Below are positions 12,046-25,599 of a DNA stretch of 64,000 nucleotides, piece after piece. Source of the stretch: Octopus vulgaris. Taxonomy: Eukaryota. The first letter of the stretch is position 1, and each line of letters opens with the position of its first letter. The DNA lies in the NCBI GenBank assembly GCA_951406725.2, contig OX597823.1, positions 35,340,001 through 35,404,000 of the forward strand, read 5' to 3'. Made by a program: the position numbers and the translations under genes. Under the pieces are notes generated by a model. The model was given only the letters and a program-made list of their open reading frames with translations. It ran no database searches and was not told the origin of the DNA.

Positions 12046-13425
12046 AGATTCAGCGAAAGTAATTATCGCAATCTTCTCCGGCTGGATTTACAAACGTAGA
12101 AATAATTTGTAGCAACAGCAACAACAACAACAACACAAACATAAAAGAAAAGACGCGAAAACAACAACGCCAGTACCACCACCGCCATCACGAAAACCAA
12201 CAAAAGCAACAACAACAACGAACAAGAAAAACAGGTCTTCATAAATAACACCTGCAAATTCATCCACCACCGCAAACACTACCATCATTAACGCCAGCAC
12301 AGTCGCTGAAAACGACAAAAACTACAAATCGTGCGTTAACGGTTCGCAGCTGCGATGCGTCAGGCACTAGAAAATGTAAATCTGACGACGGACGATTTGA
12401 AAACTGCAAAAACCATTTTAAAAAGACATGGAAAAAAGGATTATTCTTAACACTTCTGAAGCCATTGTACAGAACACACTGAGAAAAACAATAACATACG
12501 AAACAATAAGAGTTAAAAATCGTAGATTAGAACGGGCGACACAACAACATATTGAAACGTGGCTACGTCCAGTGTGGGACACAAAAATGTAATATGTAAA
12601 TGCGATAAATTTAGTAGCGCTTAACAGTCAATACAATTAAGAATATTTCTTTTGATGAGATTTCCATAAGGCAGAAAATCCCCATGTGGAAAGCCGATGA
12701 CAAAAAATTGTCCATCACACTATTATACGTCATCATCATTACTCCCATTTGTGTGTTACAGAAAGAGACAGAGTAAGCGAGCGAGAGAGAAGGAGAGAGT
12801 GAGGAAGAAAGAGAAAGAAGCAAAGAAAGAGAGACAGAGACTGAGACTGAACGTGGGGGAGGAGAGAGAGAGAGACTCAATTGAATGTCGACGCATTTCA
12901 GATGACGACAGTACGTGCGTTACTAAGGAAACAAACTTCTTAAAAAACACCACTATTTCAGTCACCTGCTTCTGACAACAATTCACCAGTACCGCCAATA
13001 GTAACTTAATGCTCACTAATCATCTTTATGATTCATCATCCCTACACAAGCATGATTATCACAATTGCCAATAATATGAGCATTATCGAGTCATTTTTAT
13101 CGATTTCTTCTAAACGTGAAATTGCATTCCATAACTTCATTAGCATATTAGTTTTTTTTAATCAAATCATGATTTATTCGTTGTCAAAGCATGATTTATT
13201 TGTTGTCTTTGAAATACAGTATGTTATATTGTTTTACTCCATTATCTCACTCTTATCTCTCCACTTCTGTCTCTATATAGTAATGCTTGAAATAGGACAA
13301 TATACTCACAGGCATATAGAGAGGCATGTATGTATTTAAGTATGTATGATGCATGTATGCATGTATGTATGTATATGTGTATATATATGTACATATTAGA
13401 AGGTTTGGAGATGATGTACAGGTAT

Positions 13426-14546
13426 CATATATTAGAAGAAATGAGGTACTCAGAAGTCTGGATGGTTTTATATTTACAGATATTTATTAGTATGTGACAT
13501 GTTTTTATAAATAATATATATAGCGCTTTCGTCCACTCTTGTGAAGTCGTCAGATTGAAATTTTTCAGAAATTTTGTCTCTTTTTATAGTATTATTGAAT
13601 ATGTAGGGGTGGAGAGAGATATAAGATAGTACAAGAGGGTGAGGAATGGGAAGAAAGTGAGAGAGGGTGCGTGTGTCTGTGTGTGTATGTGTGTGTGCTT
13701 TTGTATCTGAAAGATGTGTCAATGGAAAAGAAAAGAAAAAGAAGAAAAAATGTGTTGACATCTTTGCAGCTGATCAGTCTTTCAATAGTAAATGATTATT
13801 GGCTTTTAGAAATGGCAAACCCAGCTGGTCACTTCAAGGGAGGTAAAATGTTATTTTTCAAAAAATTGTCTGGATTTCTTTTTATCATTGTCTTGTGAGA
13901 GAGAGAGTGTGTGTGTGGGTGTCTGTGTATCTGAAAGTAGTGTCAATGGAAAAGAGAAAGAAAGGAAGAAGGAGAGAAAGAAGAAAAATATGTTGACACC
14001 TTTGCAGCTGGTCAGTCTTTCAACAGTAAATGATTCTTGGCTTTTAGAAATGGCAAACCCAGTTGGTCACTTCAAGGTGGGTAAAATATTAGTTTTCAAA
14101 AAATTGACTGGATTTCTTTGCCATTTCTAAAAGCCAAGAATCATTTACTATTGAAAGATTAACCAGCTGCAAAGATGTCAACACATTTCTTCTTCTTCTT
14201 CTTCTTCTTCTTCTTCTTCTTCTTCTTCTTCTTCTTCTTCTTCTTCTCTTTTCCATTGACACTTCTTTCAGATACAAAAGCACACACACACACACACTCT
14301 CTCTCTCTCTCCCTTTCTTCTTTCCCATTCCTCAAGCTCTTGTACTATCTTATATCTCTCTCCACCCCTACGCAATAATACTATAAAAAGGGACAAAATT
14401 CCTGAAAAAGTTCAATCTGACGACTCCACAAGAATGGACGAAAGCACTAATATATGATTTATAAAAACATGTGACATATTAATGAATATCTGTAAATATA
14501 AAACCATCCAGATTTCTGAGTACCTCATTTCTTCTAATATATGTAC

Positions 14547-14548
<2 letters not shown>
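13426..14548. repeat. Complex local duplication: A-B, tandem B', then inverted B-A
   Basis: 13660-13881 repeated at 13897-14119; 13426-13819 inverted at 14117-14548. Confidence 0.9.
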
Positions 14549-14578
<30 letters not shown>

Positions 14579-14581
14579 GTG

Positions 14582-15226
<645 letters not shown>

Positions 15227-15257
15227 TATATATATATATAAATGTATGTATGTATAC

Positions 15258-15358
<101 letters not shown>

Positions 15359-15376
15359 AATATATATATTACACAC

Positions 15377-15471
15377 ACGAGGGGGTGTATGAAAAGTTTT
15401 GAGCCTTCATCAGAAGTCTTGTACCATGTTTTGTTTTTTTGAGGCTCAAGACTTTTCATACACCCCACGTA
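15377..15471. mobile_element. Tiny Tc1/mariner-type MITE (~95 bp)
   Basis: TIRs acgagggggtgtatgaaaagttttgagcct / aggctcaagacttttcatacaccccacgt, ending in TA. Confidence 0.75.
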
Positions 15472-15539
15472 TGTATGTATGTATGTATGTATGTATGTAT
15501 GTATGTATGTATGTATGTATGTATGTATGTATACACACA

Positions 15540-15587
<48 letters not shown>

Positions 15588-15729
15588 TATATACAGCTAT
15601 AAGTTAGAGGTGTTTAAAGCCTCTAAAGGCACTTCTGGTAATCACCTCAGTAGGTATATTCCTTGGTAAAAGGTATACGGCAATAGGTAATTTAGTGGAC
15701 AACCGTAGTTTACACATCAATATCCATTC

Positions 15730-16300
15730 TTAGACACCACAAAGACCAGAAATTCAACAAAAATCAAAATAGCTAGGTCGAATGAAAGAGAATCATAGAA
15801 AAAAGGCACGATATGAAATTACTGAAACTCGACTAAATCAAAAAGTTCAACAATCTGCTGGAGTGACTCCTGGTAGAATTCTGGTTTAAGACCCTGTATT
15901 ACCCCTCATAACATTTTTGTGAATTTGTGTTCTACAAACGAGAATTCATACGATTGTGAAAAAAAATCGGAGTTGACCACGTTCCTCAAGAATATATATT
16001 TGAGCAATGTCCTCAAGATATTCACAATTCACACCAATCCAGCTTTAGAAATAGAAGTAAAGCAAATTCTACCGAGCTTAGTAGCTATATCTAGGAATTA
16101 AAGGATAAAACAATTAATTATAGTTTAAAATGGCGCATCCAAGCAATCACCTCGTCTTATAACACTACTAATAAGTGGTGTGATCTCTGTTTAACAGAGC
16201 GACTGAATATATTAATGGCTAAACCGCCTCTACTGATTAAAAAAACATGAAAATAGTAATTTTTGTCTGCATATAGCCCAATTTGTCTTTTCTAACTTTC
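15730..16300 (+). mobile_element. PLE GIY-YIG endonuclease remnant
   Basis: ANSTELSSYI*ELKDKTINYSLKWRI...SYNTTNKWCDLCLTERLNILM...CLH. Confidence 0.75.
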
Positions 16301-18149
16301 GTCAAACCCGCTCTATCCCGTACATATCACTATCCTAGCCTCACCCCTACTAGTAGACTTATTCACCAGCGCATTACCTTCCCTTAACCGCTTACACCAA
16401 CCCAAACTTACATTATAGATAAATACGCAAAATGCCCAACACATATTCTACGTTACCCTACTACAAACTCATATAATAAACCAATAATTATATTCCTACT
16501 CTAAATCCTACGCCAGCCTATGTATGCATATAATTCTTTTTAACCGAGAACCACCTAAGATACTTACACGCAAACTTTCCCTTCTCATCTTTCTCTATGC
16601 ACTCTTCATAACCAAATAGTTATTTCGGCCATGAGTCTCTCTACACGCTAGATGGGACCGACACTTGTTCCAAATTTTACACCAATATATGGCTTCCTAT
16701 AATAATATGAACCACCTACAACCTATATTTCAATGACACGTAGGTCATTACAATAGCACTGGTTTTCTCTAATTAGAGTTTGCTCCCTTACATTGCACCG
16801 CCAGTGAACCTCCAGAAGTCACAGGCACGTGCAAGATATGCCACTGGATAGCCATGAGACCACATGTCCATTAATGAAGCTGAAATGCGAAGAGTTTGTT
16901 TGTCTCATTTTGGGGATTGGAACGGATTAAGGGGCACTTGATGGGGTCGGATTGGCTCCAAAATTTACAGGGACATGTAAAAATAGGCGAGGAAGTGAGT
17001 GAACTAGGTTAGAAATCCCTATCTCAAAAGCTGTGGTTACTAGGGCAACAAAACCCACACTTTGACAAGTGTTTGTCGCTTCTTTCTTTCCTTCCTCCCC
17101 CCTTTCTCTCTATAACGACGTTTGACAGCTTCACTCAATAAATAAATCCTGAGTTCACCTCATTGGATTTTATACAGCATACAGAGCATATAATCAAGAC
17201 ATCACAAAGAACGGAGAATTATACATTTTCAAACTTGTTTATTATAATATTCATTAAATTCATATTAGATTCCAATCCTACACCTGCTTCTGTTGCAGAA
17301 GTGTCCTAATGAGCTTTGATATAACATTTATATGTATTTATTCAGTGTAAAGATTTCTATACAGCTTTGTTCAAGATATTACCCATGCGGATGGGTGGCG
17401 TGAACTGAGGAATTCAGTGTTAGAGTTAGATAGTCTTTCTCAAATTAAATTCTAGGTGAGGAAATGATAAAGTTTTAGTGTTTATGAAATACGACATGGC
17501 CATAGTTTTGGAATCATTAAAACATAGAGTTTAAGGGAATATATTATTTTATATACTTAGAAGTAGAAAAACCTTAATTAGATTAGGATGCATTTACTTC
17601 ACTGACCATTCATAATGAAAAAGGAATGATTCCATATAAGATAAATAAATAGATTAAGAGGAATTAAAAGAAAGTGGAAATAAAAAATAAAGAACAATTA
17701 GGTTAATTGTGAGATTATTAAAAGCTAATTAGAGTAAATCTACGATTATTTGACTTGGTTTACTCAAGTGTACTTCTCTCTACCTGATATCCTATGAAAA
17801 ATCCTTATTTGGAAAGTTCATTATGTACGCATTTCAAAGCTAATTCATTTCGGTGAGTTAATAACCTGTGATATGGAATATTTCTTCGCGGCATGAAATA
17901 AACATCGAGTTCCCAGTAATATATTTAATATCATATTTAATGTTATTTTCATTTCCCCCAATTTTTGAACGAAGAAAGGTGGGTAAGCAAACACTTGCTT
18001 AAAACATAACGCTATGTATTAATTCGAAATTCCATCAACCGTTACTATATATCTATAAACTATGTTTACTTTTTGGGGGGTGGGGGTGGTTTTGCGTCCC
18101 AAAAGGATATAATTTGCTCTTACAGTTACAATAAATGCTTATTAGTATT

Positions 18150-18363
18150 GATTTCCAATTTTGGAAGAAGGCCATCAATTCCGGGTGATGGGGTAAGTCG
18201 ATTGCATCGACTCCAGTGCTCAACTAGTACTTATTTTATCGACTCCGAAATTATATAAAACAAAGTCGACCTCGGTGGAATTTGAATTTAGAATGTAAAG
18301 ACGGACGAAATGCCTCGCAACATTTTGCTCGGCGTCCTAACGATTCTACCAGTTTCCTGCCTT
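18150..18363 (-). mobile_element. SINE family B, degraded
   Basis: Reverse complement of the 10286-10450 head and core (aaagtcgacctcggtggaatttgaa...gacggacgaaatgcc). Confidence 0.75.
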
Positions 18364-18729
18364 TATAATGCTTATTAATATTAATTCTATTCTTACTACG
18401 GCAAAAGTACTAAGAACTCCGTCTAAGTTATTACGTGTTACCCTATGCTTATCTCTAATTAAAGGTTATTAAATCCCCGAAACAAATTAGCTCTGAAATG
18501 TGCACGTTCTTTTAGAACAGCATTTAAGTACTTCCCAAATCAGGATTTTTAATAGAATATTACTTAGTAATATTACACATAATTTAACTAAGTGGGTGAT
18601 TATGTACTGCAACGGAAACAATTAAATGCACATTAATGCTACATCAAAGGATATTAGGACACGTATGTAGAAGAAATAGGAGTCGGATTGGAATGAAATG
18701 TGGATTTAATGACACAATAACATTTTCAT

Positions 18730-19620
18730 AAACAAGTTTGGTTCAGTTAAATTTTCTGTTTATTGTTTTTTTTTTTCGTTCGGTTACTCTCCACCGATGT
18801 TGGAGATTCTCATCACTTCTTTTAGCTCTTGTTTGAGGCTGATCAATTTTCAACTGAGTGGTCCCTTTTAGTTATCTCCAAACAACACTTCTAACACCTT
18901 CTTCACTTTTTGTTGGTGAGAAGTATAGGGAATTTCTTGTTTGCAGGCAATAAGCATCGTTACATGGTTCATGGTATTCCGTAAATCAGTAATCTTTTTT
19001 TCTGTCTTCAAACCTCATGATGGCACTTACTTGGTTGTTCGAGCTTTGTTTACTTTTTGAGACTCGTCTACGTATTGCTTTTCAGTACTAGACAGTGCAT
19101 TCATACAGGCATTAATCTGCCTGAATATGAATTCATTAGATTATTGTAATTATTCCTCTTTAATTTCATTTATAGCTCTTAATACTACCTCTGTTGGTCT
19201 TTTGTTTACTTTGATAGAAAACACTCTCCCTTCTAGAGACTATTTCCTGGTCACAGTTATTTTTTCTTGAAAAATATTATTAAAGTGGGAGTGAGGATAC
19301 TTCGCCGATATATAATCCTGATCACTACTACAATGATCGTTAAGGTTGTGCCTGTTATTTATTATAGTTGTAGTTGTGGGGAGGTGCTAAGTTGTTTTAG
19401 TCAGTAATATTGTATTGTTATTGATTTTCTCGTATGCAACCATGCTGTTTATAGTGACTCTCTGCGTGGTAAAAGTTCAGTCGAAAATAACTACAATCTT
19501 GAATAAAAGGCTTCCCTAGTCAATTCATCTGAAAATTAATCAGCTATTTAGTACGGTTGATAGTTGGGTTTCAAAGTTAGGGATGGTGTTCATCGTATTC
19601 TTGAAGATTAGTCTCCCACG
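18730..19620 (-). mobile_element. Degraded R4-like LINE N-terminal region
   Basis: Minus strand KITDLRNTMNHV...KLISLKQELK...INRKFN*TKLVY resembles the R4 pre-RT region. Confidence 0.45.
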
Positions 19621-19719
19621 CCAAATATACTTGTCGTTCCGATGTATGTATGTATGTATGTATGTATGTATGTATGTATGTACGTGCATTTGCATGTATG
19701 TATGTATATATGTTTACTT

Positions 19720-20400
19720 TCTTAAAATTTCATTTCACTTTTGACTGACCACCTTTCCGGTGGCAAGGCTTTAAAGAAAAGGAAATTGTTATCCTATCTT
19801 GTGTAAGTGCTCGTCCTTTGACTCGTAAGTACGTTTTCACAAATTTCGTAGGTTCCAGATATCACAGCCATTTGTAGCTTATGAATTAAGGTGCTACGTT
19901 CATACGCCACAAATCCAAGTTCAGTTATATATTTTAGTCCAGACTGGTTGGTATATAACCTGTATCCCTAACACTAACAGGTATGAAACTGAAACTTCTC
20001 ATCAATTGTCCGTGGATATCTTTCTTCTCTTACATTTTTCTTACCATACTGACATGTTTAATAAGTGGTCCTGAACAACAATATAAGACCGGTTGTGTTT
20101 TAATTTGGTTTTTATTTTTAGATTCTACCAGTATTCCTTTGAACCATCTAAATACTCTCCTCTTTTGATTTCATTTTTGTCTTCCCGGAATGCATTCCAT
20201 CTTCTTCCACCATGGGGAGGTAGTAACGAGAAGATATTCTTTCACAGTTGGCAATAATATGGTTAACACCCCCAATTTTTGTTTTGCCTAGTTTACATTC
20301 ATTGAGAACTTGGTGACCTTCCTCTTTTGTGCTATACTTGGTGAGGATTTCCTGCTCCTAAGTTGCATGGAAATATCCTTCAAGGTGGGATGTTATGAAC
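19720..20400 (-). mobile_element. Degraded R4-like LINE 3' end (RLE domain and 3' UTR)
   Basis: Minus strand KEYW*NLKIKTKLKHNRSYIVV.D...GYIP...LIHKLQMAVISGTYEIC. Confidence 0.6.
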
Positions 20401-21199
20401 TTGTTATGAAAAGGTTTCTAGTATGGCTTATCCCTTCTATGGTTTGTGTTTTTCGTCTCAAGTAGCCAGGTACATCCTTCTAAATGAATTGATCCATTTG
20501 TAGCAGATTCAAAATTTATATACATACATACATACATACATACATACATACATACATACATACATACGTACATACATACATAGTACATACATACATACAT
20601 AATACATACATACATACATAATACATACATACATACATACATATATATGTATATATATATATGTATATATATATATATGTATTTATGCATGTATGTATGT
20701 ATATATGTATGTATGTATGTTGAAGCAATTATGGGAATAAGCAAATTAAATACATCAAATATATTAAGTACATCGAATATACAATATGTATATATGTAGA
20801 CATGCAAACGAGAGAAAGCAAAAGTGGAAACTTTCAGATGATGAATGATGAATCTATATGTATAAATACATATATATTTATATAAACAGGTCCAACTTAC
20901 AGATATTACAAACGACGGATGAATTTAAAGGGGTAGAAGAAGGGTATTTTAAGTACAACAGCCATTTGTGGGGACTCGGCGATCCATAATAATGTTGGTA
21001 GATTTAGTCCGTCACAAAATGTGGCCGTATGGATGCATTTAACATAGGACAAGACGAACCTCCGTCATCAGGGTAGAGATGATCTTAAATCTCAGATGAT
21101 AACGCAGAGAAATTCAAAGATAGAATGATTACATGTGGAAAGCTAAGAGTATTAGAGCGGATGGGGGGGGGGGGACTGGTGGTATTAAAACAGGGAGCT

Positions 21200-21253
21200 G
21201 GCGGCGAGCTGGCGAAATGCTTAGCGGTATTTCGTCTGCCGCTACGTTCTGAG
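21200..21253 (+). mobile_element. SINE family B head fragment
   Basis: ggcggcgagctggcgaaatgcttagcggtatttcgtctgccgctacgttctgag. Confidence 0.7.
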
Positions 21254-21413
21254 ATAGCTATGGCCCATAGTTACCTGTAACTATGTTCCGTGAGGAGCCG
21301 CTGTGGCTAAGCATGTATATGCATCTGGAACATTTATCACAGAACTCCAAACAATCATAATGGTGAAACACGCGTAGGAACTTTAATATGAACTTGTCTT
21401 GAGCCTTATTTCG

Positions 21414-21466
<53 letters not shown>

Positions 21467-22178
21467 TCATGTGTGTGTATATGAATGTGTGTATGTGCGT
21501 ATGTGTTTGTATGCGATAATATAATCCATTGCTAAAAATACTTTGTTACTCCATATATTTTCCTGGAGGTTTAGTTTTCTTTTCTTACTATTTTGTCTCA
21601 TTATTTATTCCTACTTTCTTTCATAATCTGTGTATTCATTCCTTCGGTAATCTTATAGTTATATTTCTATTTCTTTTTTTTTTACTCTTTGCTCTTGGTA
21701 TCAAATAATTATTATTCTTTTGTATCACCATGTCAACTCACCATTGTTCCTTGCTTTTCATTATTTTCTTCATCTTACTTTCTTTTGTTGTCTCTATAAC
21801 TTTTAATCTTTCTATAGATATTTCAATTTTGATTTGCTTTATCATTCTTTTGTTTACAGTTCATTCTTTTATGCATATGTCATAAAACCCGTCAACCTAT
21901 AAATAATTTCTTGTACTCTGAAAACTTTAAGTCTCTCGGGCATCACTTTACCATCTGCACAACGAAGACAACATTAAAAAAGACAAAATCAGGCAGTAAA
22001 TGTTTGCAGTATAATGAAATTTTAGATAGTTCGTTGTAGGGAAACATTAGTCTGCTGGCTGCATATCATAGGTTTGTGCATTTAGGTTTCTGTCAATTAT
22101 AATTCAAGTTTTAGTAAAAACTTCTGAAGCTTCTTTGTGTATATATTTTTCTACGCAGTGGTTGTGTGAGCTACGAAG

Positions 22179-22322
22179 TCCTCGTCGCCACTGCTATGTC
22201 GCACGTTCGGATGCCTTTTACTCAACTCTTCGCTTTACTCCGACTGCTACTCAACTTCTACTCAGCTGTGCTTCTCCCTCTATATCTACGTATTGGGATA
22301 GCCTGGGGGCGTCCACACAACA
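22179..22322 (-). mobile_element. Short LTR (22192-22322) plus primer-binding site, Gypsy-like 5' end
   Basis: Minus strand TGTTGTGT...ACATAGCA (TG..CA, imperfect inverted ends), 1 nt, then TGGCGACGAGGA, complementary to a tRNA-Ser 3' end (CCTCGTCG-CCA). Confidence 0.55.
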
Positions 22323-23011
22323 GTACTAATCAGTAGCTAAATATTCAGAAGCGAATATTTATAAGATATTAATATTGCTATTATTATTGAAGGCAATATA
22401 AATAGTTGATAATAACGGAAACATAAATATAGGCGGTTGCAGGCCTAAAAAATAGCATTATATAGGTAAAGAATGAAAATTATATTAATCATAAGGATAC
22501 ATTAAAGTGTCTACCAGCTAGAAATAAGAGTCTATAAAAGAATTTAGCATCAAATTTGATTTCAACTTACATTTTCCACAGCTATTCTAACAACAGTGTA
22601 ATAATACTTCTGTAACCTCTCAGAGGAAACATGACTCCTCTCCACCATTCATTTATGGTTTGAGAATAATTCTATAATTGTTGTAAACTGGAATGGAACT
22701 TACTCTCTTTCTGCTCACATCCATTCTCCATTTAATGCTACTTGGTTTGCATCTTTTAGAGAGATAGATTAGATATAATAAACTCAAAGAGCAACTAGAA
22801 AGTGAGTAGTATCTAACTTAGGATGTCTCATAGATAGTGGTGGCAATGGTGTTGGAGGTGGTAGATGTGGTTATCATGGCAGTGGTGGTGGTGGTGTAGT
22901 GGTGACAGTGGATGTGTATGATAGGCAGCAATTATAGTGTTGGTGTTTTTGTAGAGGTGGTGGTGGTGGCGGCGGCAGTGGATGATGTTGATAATGATGA
23001 TGATAGTAGTA

Positions 23012-23250
23012 GTGGCATTGATTATGTTAGGATGTCTCATGGATGGTAGTGTTGAAGACATTGCAGAGTGTAGTGGTAGTGAAATTGGTGATTTTGAATA
23101 TGATGCTGGTATTGGTCTTGGGGTTGTGGTGGTGGCATTGATTATGTTAGGATGTCTCATGGATGGTAGTGTTGAAGACATTGCAGAGTGTAGTGGTGGT
23201 GAAATTGGTGATTTTGAATATGATGCTGGTATTGATCTTGGGGTTGTGGT
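23012..23250. repeat. Exact-period 120 bp tandem duplication in GT-rich low-complexity DNA
   Basis: 23012-23130 vs 23132-23250, about two substitutions. Confidence 0.95.
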
Positions 23251-23617
23251 TGCAGAAGATGGTTGTAGTGGTGGCATTGGAGGTTGTAGTAATGGTTGTA
23301 GTGGTGGTTGTGAAGATGATTCTGATATTGATAGTCTTTGCATTGAGGTGGTGGCAGAGTCAGAGTAAATAATAAGAGCCCAGTTAACACAAGATTCTTA
23401 AATTTCGGAGATCATAAGATAGAGAGCAAGAAGTTAAAACTTCCAATACTGGCCCAATTCCTACACCCCAGATTCTTCAACTATTTTATAAGAAAGGGGT
23501 TAATGGCTGGATAGGGATTCAGCTTAAAAATAAATTGTATAACAAAAAATACATAAATAAATTACTGCTCCAACGATGTAATTTTAGTATGTGTGTATGT
23601 ATGTATGTATGTATGTA

Positions 23618-23669
<52 letters not shown>

Positions 23670-23861
23670 GATCAAAACAGTTTGATTCAAATTCTGTGGT
23701 ACTTATATATTCATACATACATATACATGTAGATGTATATAACATATATATATATATTGTATGTAAACATCTTATATATATATATATATAATGTATGCAT
23801 CTATAATACACACACATTATAAATATATACACATATATGCATATGCATTAGAATATGTGTG

Positions 23862-23924
<63 letters not shown>

Positions 23925-23971
23925 TATGTTTGTATATATGAGTGTGTGTGTGTATAAAAATAAATATATGC

Positions 23972-24748
23972 ATAAGCAATGCAAACAATGGAAAATAATT
24001 TAAACACTCATTTTATATATACTCAGACTTTCAAAAAGAATTTAGCTATTTAGGATCTACACAAATTTTATATATACTCCACGAAGTTTGAAAGTGGTTA
24101 GTTACAAAAAATTATTTTTTAAATCTGTAGGTCAAAAGGTAAAGATCCGGTATTTTAAATTTTTGTTGCATTTCTAATCTTTCTGATATCTAAGGATGGA
24201 TATTTATGCGTATGAATCTTTTTCTTTTTATTTTGTTTCAAATATAATTCTAGGGAACTGAAAAAGCTGTGTACGATGCCAAGCGAATTTAGATGTTTAC
24301 GATAAGCGGATGTTTACGTTACAAACGAATAAGTTTCAAATTCTATAAAGCAATGCAAACAATGGAAAATAATTAAAACACTAATTTTATATATACTCAG
24401 ACTACTCCACGAAGTTTGAAAGTGTTTAGTTACAAAAAATTAATTTTTAAATCTGTAGGTCAAGCCAAGCGAATTTAGTTGTTTACATGCTTACGTTAGC
24501 AACGTCATAAAATAGCTGTTTACGTCACAGTAACAATATGTTGAGAGGCAGTAAATGATATGACGTCGAAAGAAAAAATTCCATTGGTTAAAATTCGAAT
24601 TATTAAACAGCGTTAAACTTAGAAATTACAATTCCGTTTTCATTTTGGTTTACAATTATGTTTTCTTTTGACACATTCTACCAGTATATGAAGTTTCAAA
24701 TTGTTTAGTTAACTAGGAAAATCTGGCCTTCAAAATGAAAAGATCCAA
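23972..24748. mobile_element. Fragments of a DNA-transposon family related to the 11125-12045 arms, with an internal duplication
   Basis: gaagtttgaaagtgtttagtt and tgacacattctaccagtat shared with 11993-12032; two ends in ...aaagatcc; 23972-24135 recurs with deletions at 24348-24463. Confidence 0.55.
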
Positions 24749-24779
24749 AACCTTATTTGGACCACCGAAAGATTTACAA

Positions 24780-25576
24780 AGTGGTGCATAATGGGAAAAT
24801 ACTATGAATTAAGTTTACCCTGAAATGTTAATACGAATGCAATGAAACAAGTTTCGCGTATATCGAACGGTAAACTGGTTTTCGAGATATTAGAGATTCT
24901 CGTGGGTATAAATACCCAAAGCTGTACATAATGGGGAAATGTTCCGAAAATAATCTTCATCCTGATAGGAAAGAAACTCTTATCTTTCTATTAGACAGTG
25001 AATTGACAACGAAAAAGTAAGATTTTTTTTACAGTTTAAGTGAATGCGATTTCAAAAATATAAGTTGTTTGTACAGTAAGTATTTATACTTTAGCTTTCT
25101 TCAAACAGACAATATCTTAATGATTTTTATAATTATTTTCAAATGAATACCATTAGAAAAAATTTCTTTGGCATATTTAAAAGTGAAAATGACTTTAAAA
25201 ATACGGTATATATTTCCTAAAAGACCTGTTCGTAACCTCAGTGTCAAATAGCATTTTTCCATAGGTTTTTTTCGACTGAATTCAACGCATCTCACCTCCA
25301 AAGATTTAGCTGCTATTTCTAGCACGTCCTGCTACAACGTAACAGCTATTTGCGATAAAGGACCTGAAATACCTGTTACGTGGTAGCAGAGCGTACAAGA
25401 AATAGCAGCCAAATCTTTCCTTTTCTGGAGAAAGGAGCCGTTTACACGTGATTTCGATGTCACATTCGTTGAAAGCTTGCGGAATAACCTGGGAAAGAAA
25501 TAAAACCCACGAAACAAAATTCTGTTGCTGAGAAACTCTGAGTTTTCGGTGACCCAACGGGTCACGGGTAGTCTAG
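24780..25576 (+). mobile_element. Non-autonomous Helitron-like element (3' end clear, 5' end uncertain)
   Basis: Subterminal hairpin gtgaccc-aac-gggtcac (25549-25565) then CTAG at 25573-25576 followed by T. Confidence 0.55.
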
Positions 25577-25599
25577 TATATATGTAAACGTCAAATTTA

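Noticed and set aside
15395-15415. CTGATGA on the minus strand as a hammerhead core
   Set aside because: It lies at a mariner-type TIR, with no stem III palindrome or matching stem I
17365-17455. AG...GT-bounded 91 nt candidate exon (FVQDITHADGWRELRNSVLELDSLSQIKF*)
   Set aside because: All three frames contain a stop, and there are no partner exons or recognisable homology
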